In this document: positions 1 through 7,416 of the stretch, piece by piece | How positions within the stretch are numbered: position 1 is the first letter of the stretch | Layout of the letters: each line of letters starts with the position of its first letter | Assembly: GCA_052279835.1 (NCBI GenBank) | Contig: CP181291.1 | Coordinates: forward strand, 3,872,001 to 3,936,000 | Source: Microcoleus sp. | GTDB taxonomy: Bacteria > Cyanobacteriota > Cyanobacteriia > Cyanobacteriales > Microcoleaceae | Reading direction: 5' to 3' | DNA: 64,000 nt | Made by a program: the position numbers and the translations under genes | Notes under the pieces: model-generated | Databases searched by the model: none | Told to the model about the DNA's origin: nothing | What the model saw: only the letters and a program-made list of their open reading frames with translations

Positions 1-1258
1 TAATCGTTTGGTCCAGACTGCAACTAGCGAAAATTTGACCGTCTGGGTGAATCGCGACTGATTTAATAATGTCTGAATGATCTGTGAGAGTATGTTCGGT
101 TTTCCAAGTTTTTTTAAGTTCCCGAAATGACCATGGTAATTTTGCTTCTGTTTTACTGAGAAAACCTTGCCAAGTCGGAGGTTCTACAGCGGGATTTTGG
201 CAAATTATGGGCAACCAAGTCGCCCCCGGAAATTCCTTGTCTAGACCTTCTGTCTCCAAACGTTCCCGTGCTTTCCGTGCTGCTAAATATAAAGGTTCTC
301 CACTTGAGTACGCCGTCAGAAAATATTTCAAAAACTCTTGAGCAATCCGATCGGGTACAGGTTCCCGCATCACAATAACTAGCGGAATGTGCAAATCAGC
401 TAAATTTTCTGCTAACTTCAAACCATCACAGGAATTAAAAATAGCCAACTGCAAGCCGTTTTCTATAGCGCAGCGCAAACCGTGCTTCAAATCTAGCAGG
501 GTGAGTGTTTCATCGGAATTGATAGCAAGATTGCCACTGTTATTATCACTCCAACTGTGACCAGCAAAAAATAATATATCCCAGTTTTGCTCCCAAAGGC
601 TATCGCTTAATTGTTTCCGTCGAGGTTCGGGAAGAAAAAGTGGTTCTGTATTAGGTAAACTTTTGAGAAACTTCTGATCGACTTGAACATCAATTCCTTG
701 GCTACAACCCAAAATAGATAATATTTTTATGTTAAACTTTCCTCTTGACGCTGTAAGATTTCTGGGAATTTCTGTATTTTCAGGGGGGCTGAGGACAATT
801 TCAGAATTGGTGTATGTATCCGCAAATAAATCCCATTCCTGCCAAGGAATTTTTTTCAGTAACTCATCTTTGGTTTGAATGAATACCCTAATTTCGTCTT
901 TTTTATCTAATTCTCCTATAAGTCTTTCCCTGATTTTTTGAAACTCGCTATCATCAGACTTTCTCAACCACTCTTTAATGCTTTCTCTTAATTTTTGAGA
1001 TGATTGGCTACAATCTTCGGGAACCTTGCCAACATCGTTGATAGTTTCTCCCTTCCTGGCTCGAAAACACCAGTCCATGCGTAAATATTTTTTCTGCCAA
1101 CTTTGATATATTTCAGGAATCTTTGGTGCTGCGGGAAATCTGCCATCAGCTTCTAAAAAAGCAGAATTTCCTGCTTGGTAAATTCGCAAGTTAACTTTAA
1201 ACCCTTGGTCAAAATTGCCATTATTAATTTTTAAGAAAACCAACTTTACACCTGACAT
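1..1258 (-). CDS. CHAT (caspase/HetF-like) domain protein with C-terminal WD40 repeats; 3' end runs off the window
   Basis: Manually translated (absent from the ORF track): MSGVKLVFLKINNGNFDQGF...IPWQEWDLF...ILFFAGHS...AIFNSCDGL...VMREPVPD...WLPIICQNP, then the WD40 start HTLTDHSDIIKSVAIHPDGQIFASCSLDQTI. Catalytic His (codon 557-559) and Cys (428-430) are intact. Confidence 0.88.
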   Translation of the reverse strand, partial: MSGVKLVFLKINNGNFDQGFKVNLRIYQAGNSAFLEADGRFPAAPKIPEIYQSWQKKYLRMDWCFRARKGETINDVGKVPEDCSQSSQKLRESIKEWLRKSDDSEFQKIRERLIGELDKKDEIRVFIQTKDELLKKIPWQEWDLFADTYTNSEIVLSPPENTEIPRNLTASRGKFNIKILSILGCSQGIDVQVDQKFLKSLPNTEPLFLPEPRRKQLSDSLWEQNWDILFFAGHSWSDNNSGNLAINSDETLTLLDLKHGLRCAIENGLQLAIFNSCDGLKLAENLADLHIPLVIVMREPVPDRIAQEFLKYFLTAYSSGEPLYLAARKARERLETEGLDKEFPGATWLPIICQNPAVEPPTWQGFLSKTEAKLPWSFRELKKTWKTEHTLTDHSDIIKSVAIHPDGQIFASCSLDQTI

Positions 1259-1267
1259 TTTTATCGC

Positions 1268-1894
1268 CTACCTTGTTGGGAATAAAAGAAAATTTTCTAT
1301 TTGCTTGAAATCACCCAAAGAAACTTCTATCCGAAATGCTTCTCCTGGTAAAAAGAATAATTCTTGTATCATTCCCTCACTTTGTAATGGTGCTTGAAGT
1401 TCTACTAAAGTTTCTTCTGATTCATACACATCCAGCTTAAGGTTTTCTGGCAGATAAGTTTGACTGCCAATAGGATAGACTCCTAATATTGTGCTGATTT
1501 CTGGGTTTTCGGCTGGTGCTATATCGAGAATTAAAGCTACTGTACGATCGCCTAATTGAATTGATTTAGCTCGTTTTACAGCTTGCGATCGAAAAGCTGG
1601 ATTCCGTATGCTCTTACCAAAAACTTCTTCTAATGTCAGCCATGCTTCCTGAATAGCTTCAACAAAATTATTCTGGAACCATTGGCTCAAATTTATGACT
1701 TTTGGCTGTGCTACCAGTTGAGATTCTACAATGGCTCCTACATCCAGCACTTCTATCCCCAGTAAATCACTCAGTTCCCCTGCTTCAAAGAGGCTCATCA
1801 TCCGGTAAAAATCTTCCTGAGAGCCTTTGAAAACAAACAAAGTGCTGCTACTCATTTCTTCTTGTTGCTGATTTTTATCAATTTCATTATTCAT
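1268..1894 (-). CDS. DUF1822 family protein
   Basis: INLSQWFQN...WLTLEEV...RAKSIQLG...VYPIGSQTYLPENLKL...F..GEAFRIEVSLGD....ENF, typical of cyanobacterial DUF1822; ends 9 bp upstream of the CHAT gene. Confidence 0.8.
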   Translation of the reverse strand: MNNEIDKNQQQEEMSSSTLFVFKGSQEDFYRMMSLFEAGELSDLLGIEVLDVGAIVESQLVAQPKVINLSQWFQNNFVEAIQEAWLTLEEVFGKSIRNPAFRSQAVKRAKSIQLGDRTVALILDIAPAENPEISTILGVYPIGSQTYLPENLKLDVYESEETLVELQAPLQSEGMIQELFFLPGEAFRIEVSLGDFKQIENFLLFPTR

Positions 1895-2417
1895 TTCTTA
1901 GCATCTCTATAATTTCTATTTCAATTCCAATGGTTTTCAATTGATTTTGCATTTCAATGTCAGATATTTTATTACCTTTGACTCTGGCAATGAACATAAA
2001 CCTTTGCATTTCTACTTGAGGTGATTGCTGATTTTTTTTACATCCTGTATCGCGCATAAATGAGACAACTTTAGGCCAAGGTGGCAAGCGTTTTTCTTCA
2101 TCTATGCTCATCATTTCTTTAAGATAAAGGTGTACTGTTTTTGACATATCTGCACTCAGATTTTCACCCTTTTTACTGATTTCTGGATCTTGGGTCTTGA
2201 GTTCTTCTATTGTCGGGGTTTTATATTTAACCATTCTAAAAGTTTTTTCATACCTTGACAACAAACATAAACACAAACATAAATAGGAAATTTCCCTAGA
2301 AGAAAGTTGGCTTTTTTTTACGGATTTTAGTCTATTTAAAATACAGTTAATATCGAGATTCTCTCTCTGTTCTGCTTCCTGACATTCCAGGCAAGGGGGA
2401 TTTGATATGTTGGTCAT
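1887..2417 (-). CDS. Hypothetical protein with a divergent cyanobacterial N-terminal HTH-like domain
   Basis: 176-aa ORF overlapping the DUF1822 start by 8 bp (ATGAATAA); the pattern L..L...K...LS..E..YL...L...LS..MS..V..Y....W..V..F....G resembles cyanobacterial HTH N-domains. Confidence 0.55.
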   Translation of the reverse strand: MTNISNPPCLECQEAEQRENLDINCILNRLKSVKKSQLSSREISYLCLCLCLLSRYEKTFRMVKYKTPTIEELKTQDPEISKKGENLSADMSKTVHLYLKEMMSIDEEKRLPPWPKVVSFMRDTGCKKNQQSPQVEMQRFMFIARVKGNKISDIEMQNQLKTIGIEIEIIEMLRNE

Positions 2418-2628
2418 CTTAGCAAAGCTCTTTAAGGTTGAGTAACAGACTTCACGTACAGCAGTCTATTAGGAGAGGTATTTTTAACCTTTCCAACTTA
2501 ATTCCCCAACTTGTTTTCCATTGTTGGGTTCCATGTTGGAATCAGACATTTATAGAGTGGGTATGTAGACAGCAGTTAGGCCTAACTCAGTTGTCCTTTG
2601 TTCAAAAAATTGACTTGGAGACAAGAGT

Positions 2629-2811
2629 ATGAATTGCAAAGTCTTGATTTCACCCCTCCTCATCTGCTCGATCGCATTCGCCAACATAAGTCTGGTACTA
2701 GCGGCAGTTTCAGGTGCTTCCATCGCCCGCATCGCCTTTGGGTCAGCCACCAATCACATGATACCCCAAATATGTATAGATGAATATGGCAACCTCTACA
2801 AATGTCCTTGA
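2629..2811 (+). CDS. Small, probably secreted peptide (60 aa) with C-terminal CIDEYGNLYKC loop
   Basis: ATG preceded by GGAG at about -12; basic N-terminus and long hydrophobic signal-like stretch; two Cys near the C-terminus. Confidence 0.55.
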   Translation: MNCKVLISPLLICSIAFANISLVLAAVSGASIARIAFGSATNHMIPQICIDEYGNLYKCP

Positions 2812-2839
2812 TTAATTACTCTGGGACTCATGGGGTATC

Positions 2840-2942
2840 AGAAACCGGGTTTTCCTAAGAAAATCTACAGTTTGCAGCCCGCAAATTTAATCAAAAACCC
2901 GGTTTCTTTAGTCAGAGTGCGATCGCGCTGCGATCGCACTTT
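2840..2942. repeat. MITE-like element with AGAAACCGGGTTTT...AAAAACCCGGTTTCT inverted ends, followed by a HIP1 palindrome pair
   Basis: Inverted repeat visible; partial copies near 15848, 48010 and 54875. Confidence 0.65.
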
Positions 2943-2946
2943 ATCT

Positions 2947-3864
2947 TTAATTACAACCATTTATTTGCTTCAGACGCTGACGAGCCTTACCAATGTAAAA
3001 ATCTTCATCGGGTCGATCGCACTTAGCATATTCCAGGCATTTTTTCCAAGCAGTCGCAACTTCTGCATGGTTCCCCAGATTTTCATACACTTCCGCCATA
3101 ATGCCATAAGTTAAACCCCGATCGCTCTCTAGTTTCATAGCCTGTTGCAAATTGTCCAAAGCTTCTTCATAGCATCCTTGTTCCTTCCAAGCCCAAGCCA
3201 GGTAGGTTAACAACCCTGCTTTGACTATTTTGTCATGCTTAACTTTCTCCGTTTCCACCAGTTTTAAACCTAGCCCAATTTTTTCAACAGATTTCCGCAA
3301 ATCTTTATATTCAATGATATACAAGCGGCCCAACTTGCAGTAAGCCGCAGCAAATCCTAGGAATGCAGCCTGCTGATATAGTTGCATAGCGCGATCGACT
3401 ATTCCCGCTTCTTCATACATCAATGCCTGATTGTAGTAAGTTGCTGCATTATCTGGATTAATTTTAATTGCTAGATCGAAGTGTTTTCTCGCTTCAATTA
3501 ATTGCCCAGCTTCTTTTAATTTAAACCCTCGATTGTTAGCATCCCTCGCCTCTCCAATAAAAGTCACTTCTATTGGTGGGACCACAGGCTGCGAGCGCTT
3601 TTTGATTGCTGCTTCCATCGCCAGCCTGAATCTTTTTTTAGTAACTTTTTTTCCTTCCCCAATCACCTCAGATACTAGAGCCCACAAACCTTGTGCTAGC
3701 CTTCTCTCGATATAGCTAGGTTTGTAGCCATAAATGTTCATATCTGCATAATCTACCTCCAGCCAGCTTAGTCGAATTATCTCTTTTTCCGCCCAATCCA
3801 GCGATCGGCCCTTCTTTTCCAAAACCCAGGAATCCAAAACCTTCAACATTTCTGCCACTTCCAT
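2947..3864 (-). CDS. Tetratricopeptide repeat protein with N-terminal (vWA-MoxR-associated-type) HTH domain
   Basis: N-terminal L....G..L...EK.I....W....Y......GY...YI....A..LW..VS..IG..KVTKK.F; TPR motifs (AIKINPDNAATYYN; YEEALDNLQQAMKLE). Confidence 0.8.
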   Translation of the reverse strand: MEVAEMLKVLDSWVLEKKGRSLDWAEKEIIRLSWLEVDYADMNIYGYKPSYIERRLAQGLWALVSEVIGEGKKVTKKRFRLAMEAAIKKRSQPVVPPIEVTFIGEARDANNRGFKLKEAGQLIEARKHFDLAIKINPDNAATYYNQALMYEEAGIVDRAMQLYQQAAFLGFAAAYCKLGRLYIIEYKDLRKSVEKIGLGLKLVETEKVKHDKIVKAGLLTYLAWAWKEQGCYEEALDNLQQAMKLESDRGLTYGIMAEVYENLGNHAEVATAWKKCLEYAKCDRPDEDFYIGKARQRLKQINGCN

Positions 3865-4149
3865 TGCTTTCCCCAGTTAATCTATTTTTTTTGTAATTAT
3901 AAGATGATTTTTGTGATTTTTGTGATTTCTTCATAAAAATTGTGAACTTTGTGTGTGAATTTTAGCCTTGTTTTGATGATGCCACTCCTGGAAAATGTGT
4001 AGAAGTAACAACTGTACCAAACAAGGTTTAGGCGATCTGTGCGAATTGTACCTAAAGCCCTTGAGTGAGTTTAATCATTTTTCATCTCTACCAACCTAAA
4101 CCAAAGTTTGTACGGTGTTACATCGGGTACATTTATTAAAAGGGTGATT

Positions 4150-4884
4150 ATGGAGCGCATAAATGAATTGAGGTTGAAACTGGAAAGATATTCCGATCGC
4201 AGTCCCCAAGACGAGCGGTTATGTCAGCTAATTTTAAATATCTGCTTGCTATCAGGGGATAATCCCCAGCGTCGAAAATTGGTCGATCGATTATTTCGGC
4301 AACTGCAAATCTCACCAAAATTGTCAAAAATTTCTCATCCCTATTATTATGAAGCCCAGAATAAAACTTGGCTATGGTTAAACAAGCACCTTCACGAGTT
4401 TAATCCCCAACATTCTCCGATTCAAGCCAGCCTCGTCACTTGGGTGAACGGTCATCTCAGGTATCGAATTAAAGATTTATATACTTCCCAAAATAGCAAA
4501 AATCTAAACACAGTTCCTTTAGAGGCTTTAGAAACCAGTGGATTTTACAACGGCTGTTTGGATGCTTTGGACTTGGAAATCGAACGGATTGAGAGAGAAG
4601 AAAAACAAGCTTTAGTACAGGATATAGCCCATTATTTCCAGGGAGATCCACAACAGGAACTTCGCAACTGTCATCCTCGCAACCGTCCCGACTGCAACTG
4701 CCAAATCATTGCTCAAAAATTACTTTTCGATGAATCGCCAGCCAAAATGGCAACCATCGCCCGCCAGTTGAATATCAATGAACAAACTATTCACTCTTTT
4801 TGGAGGCGTACAGGATTTTACAAAATCCAAAAAATAGCGGTAAAAATTGCTGAAAAATACCCGCAAGTTCTAGCTGAATTGTGA
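4150..4884 (+). CDS. Sigma-70-like (cyanobacterial ECF/HetZ-related) DNA-binding protein
   Basis: YYEA..KTWLW....L..F.P....L.TWVN.HL.YRI.D (region 2-like); H.RNRPDCNCQ.I and C-terminal HTH (MATIARQLNINEQTIHSFWRR); ATG at 4150 preferred over TTG at 4108. Confidence 0.7.
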   Translation: MERINELRLKLERYSDRSPQDERLCQLILNICLLSGDNPQRRKLVDRLFRQLQISPKLSKISHPYYYEAQNKTWLWLNKHLHEFNPQHSPIQASLVTWVNGHLRYRIKDLYTSQNSKNLNTVPLEALETSGFYNGCLDALDLEIERIEREEKQALVQDIAHYFQGDPQQELRNCHPRNRPDCNCQIIAQKLLFDESPAKMATIARQLNINEQTIHSFWRRTGFYKIQKIAVKIAEKYPQVLAEL

Positions 4885-4987
4885 TTGAATATAAATTTTA
4901 TTTTAAGTCGCACGCGAAACAAGCCTTTCATCCCACACTAACCTTCGATCGGTATAGTGTGGGGATTCCCGTCTGGCTAGCTAAACT

Positions 4988-5497
4988 ATGAAAAAAATCA
5001 TCATTGGCATTATGGGGCCCGGCGAAAGTGCCACCTCAACTGACTTAGAAAACGCCTATCAACTCGGACAACTCATCGCCCAAGCTGGGTGGATATTGCT
5101 GACTGGCGGCCGCAATGTCGGTGTCATGGAGGCGGCCAACCAAGGCGCAAAAGCTGCTAATGGTTTAACTATCGGTATCCTTCCGGGGAATGATACTCGT
5201 GGTATTTCTGAATCTGTAGATATTGCGATCGTCACTGATATGGGAAACGCCCGTAATAACATTAACATTCTGTCTTCCGATGTCATCATTGCCTGCGGTA
5301 TGGGTACGGGCACGGCTTCGGAAATAGCCCTCGCTCTCAAAGCTGACAAATCAGTTATCTTGTTAAATGACAGCGCTGAAAGTAAAGTTTTCTTTGAAAA
5401 ATTAACACCAGCTAAAATTTTTGTGGTAGAGAATGTTGTAGAGGCGATCGCCCAAACTGGTAAAATTCTAGCAAATTCCACAGGAAATTCAAGATGA
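4988..5497 (+). CDS. TIGR00725 / LOG-family Rossmann-fold protein
   Basis: IGIMGPG, LLTGGR..GVMEAA..GA, GMGTGTASEIALA motifs. Confidence 0.85.
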   Translation: MKKIIIGIMGPGESATSTDLENAYQLGQLIAQAGWILLTGGRNVGVMEAANQGAKAANGLTIGILPGNDTRGISESVDIAIVTDMGNARNNINILSSDVIIACGMGTGTASEIALALKADKSVILLNDSAESKVFFEKLTPAKIFVVENVVEAIAQTGKILANSTGNSR

Positions 5498-6015
5498 GAC
5501 TCAGCAAAATCAACTTATGTGCGATCGGTGTTATCCTCACTTTCGGGATTTTAGTCACAGCCCAAGCAGAGGGAGGAATTGCACAGTTCAGTTTCCGCAA
5601 CAAATCCACTCAAAAGTTAGCACAAACCCCCCCACCTCCTCCCCCTTCCACATTACCAGTAATCCCACAGACAGCACCCCCTATTAGTAGCGAATCCCTG
5701 CCGGATCAAGTAGCTTTAGCAACCCATTTGCAGACCATTAGAGCCAGAATGTACGGTGCTTACTGGTGTCCTTATTGTCACAAACAACAAGAACTTTTTG
5801 GCAAAGAAGCATTGACTGCAATTACTTACATTGAGTGCGATCCCAGAGGAAAAGATGCTCAGCCAGATTTATGCAAAGCCGCCAATATCAAAGCTTATCC
5901 CACCTGGGAAATTGGGGGTAAATATTATACAGGAATGCAATCATTGGAAAAACTTGCTATCTTATCCGGGTATAAAGGTACTCGCAACTTTCAGCCCCAA
6001 GTTCCTACTCCTTAA
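5494..6015 (+). CDS. Secreted thioredoxin-like protein (resembles the DsbA-like domain of cyanobacterial VKOR fusions)
   Basis: Signal peptide; MYGAYWCPYCHKQQELFG, YIECDPRG, AYPTWEI..G..SLE.LA. Confidence 0.8.
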   Translation: MRLSKINLCAIGVILTFGILVTAQAEGGIAQFSFRNKSTQKLAQTPPPPPPSTLPVIPQTAPPISSESLPDQVALATHLQTIRARMYGAYWCPYCHKQQELFGKEALTAITYIECDPRGKDAQPDLCKAANIKAYPTWEIGGKYYTGMQSLEKLAILSGYKGTRNFQPQVPTP

Positions 6016-6049
6016 AATATTTAACTGACAAGCTAAGTATTCTCAGCAA

Positions 6050-6118
6050 CGGAGGACAAGGCATTGCCGTTTCCCTACAATTAATCGGGGTAGGGAAACG
6101 GCAATCCCGTGTCCTGAT
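6050..6118. repeat. REP-like inverted palindrome pair (GGCATTGCCGTTTCCCTAC...GTAGGGAAACGGCAAT)
   Basis: Inverted repeat; related copies at about 43313-43415. Confidence 0.65.
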
Positions 6119-6523
6119 TATGGCTAATATTAATTGCGATGCTACTGGATTTAATATGGTTTCGGATTTTATTTTTTCCATCAACCGCAATTTTATCTAT
6201 GAATCTTAATAAAAAAATGATATGTAACTTATAATTACTAAAAAAGTTAGGGGAACACTTTCCGAATTAACCTGCTACAGTTGAATGGACTTGCCTTGTC
6301 TGCGATCGCATCTCTAACAAGTATTATGTGATTAGCGATCGCATGACCATGCCAGCCGCTCGACTCATTGCAAATTTGAATTATTCAGGATAAAATTTAG
6401 TGAGGGTGAAATCAACCGCGATATCAATCAAAAATCAATTCACCAATTTTAGTTGACTATAAAATATTCAGAAACTTGCAAGTCAAATAGTCCGATCGCC
6501 TTGAATAACGTAGGCATGGTAAA

Positions 6524-7411
6524 ATGAAACAAAATTTAGTGACACTAATTGTAAGTGCGATCGCGCTTCTTGGCCTGCCCAGTTGCACAACGACAAGCAG
6601 CACACCCCCCACTACCACAACGCCTACGACTGTGGCAGCATCAACCCAAACCTCGTCGCTCAAACTTGGGGGATCGAGCAGCACATTGGGTCTGATTAAG
6701 GTGGTGCAAACCAATTATGAAGCTAGCACAAAAAATGTCAAAATTACCCAGCTAGAACCGGGGCAGTCCGAAAATATCATTGATGGAATTAAACAGAGAA
6801 TAGTCGATATAGGTGCAATCTCGAAAACATTAAAGCCAGAAGAAAATGATGGCAGCATCGAGTCTCGCGAAATTGCCCATGATGCCCTTGTGGTTGCCAC
6901 TCATCCTAGTGTCACAGGGGTCAAAAACCTGACGACTGAAGATATCAAAGGCATTTATAGTGGTACGATCACCAACTGGAAGGAAGTTGGAGGCAACGAT
7001 GCTAAAATTGTGTTGCTCGATCGCCCAGAAGATGAATCTGCCAAACGACTCCTACGCAAACATTACTTAGGAACAGATTTGAAGAGTTCACCAGAAGCAG
7101 TAATATTGCGGAAAGAAACGGAATTGATCCAGACAATTCAAAGCACTCCTTATAGCATCGGTGCTTTTTCCCTTGCTCAGGCTATTTCCAATAAACTACC
7201 TGTCAACCGCCTCAGTCTCAACGGGGTTGAACCAACACTAGAAAATGTCAAAGCGGGGAAGTATCCGATGGTGCGGACAATTTCATTTGTCTGGCACAAA
7301 AATCCTTCCGAGGCTACCCAAGCGCTAATTCAATACATCTCTAGTCCCCCAGCAATCAACGCGATGGAGCAGTCTGGCTTTATTTCAGTGACGACTTCCG
7401 CCAAGAATTAA
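6524..7411 (+). CDS. PstS-like (PBP superfamily) substrate-binding lipoprotein
   Basis: Lipobox LPSC; GGSSST, VDIGAIS, IAHDALVVATHPS, IYSGTITNWKEVGG, GKYPMVR. Confidence 0.8.
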   Translation: MKQNLVTLIVSAIALLGLPSCTTTSSTPPTTTTPTTVAASTQTSSLKLGGSSSTLGLIKVVQTNYEASTKNVKITQLEPGQSENIIDGIKQRIVDIGAISKTLKPEENDGSIESREIAHDALVVATHPSVTGVKNLTTEDIKGIYSGTITNWKEVGGNDAKIVLLDRPEDESAKRLLRKHYLGTDLKSSPEAVILRKETELIQTIQSTPYSIGAFSLAQAISNKLPVNRLSLNGVEPTLENVKAGKYPMVRTISFVWHKNPSEATQALIQYISSPPAINAMEQSGFISVTTSAKN

Positions 7412-7416
7412 GGGCT

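Noticed and set aside
2550..2753. Minus-strand 67-aa ORF
   Set aside because: It has a TTG start and overlaps the better-supported + strand peptide ORF, which has an ATG, an RBS and signal-like features
2629..2811. RiPP precursor (cyanobactin, microviridin or lanthipeptide)
   Set aside because: No recognisable leader motif and no modifying enzymes nearby
4930..4970. Hairpin CCCACACTA...TAGTGTGGG as the Yfr1 sRNA or an IS end
   Set aside because: It lacks the Yfr1 ACTCCTCACAC motif; it could be a terminator or an IS605-like remnant, but the evidence is insufficient
6224..6238. NtcA box (also near 4004)
   Set aside because: Spacing is GTA-N9-TAC or GTA-N7-TAC, not the required N8
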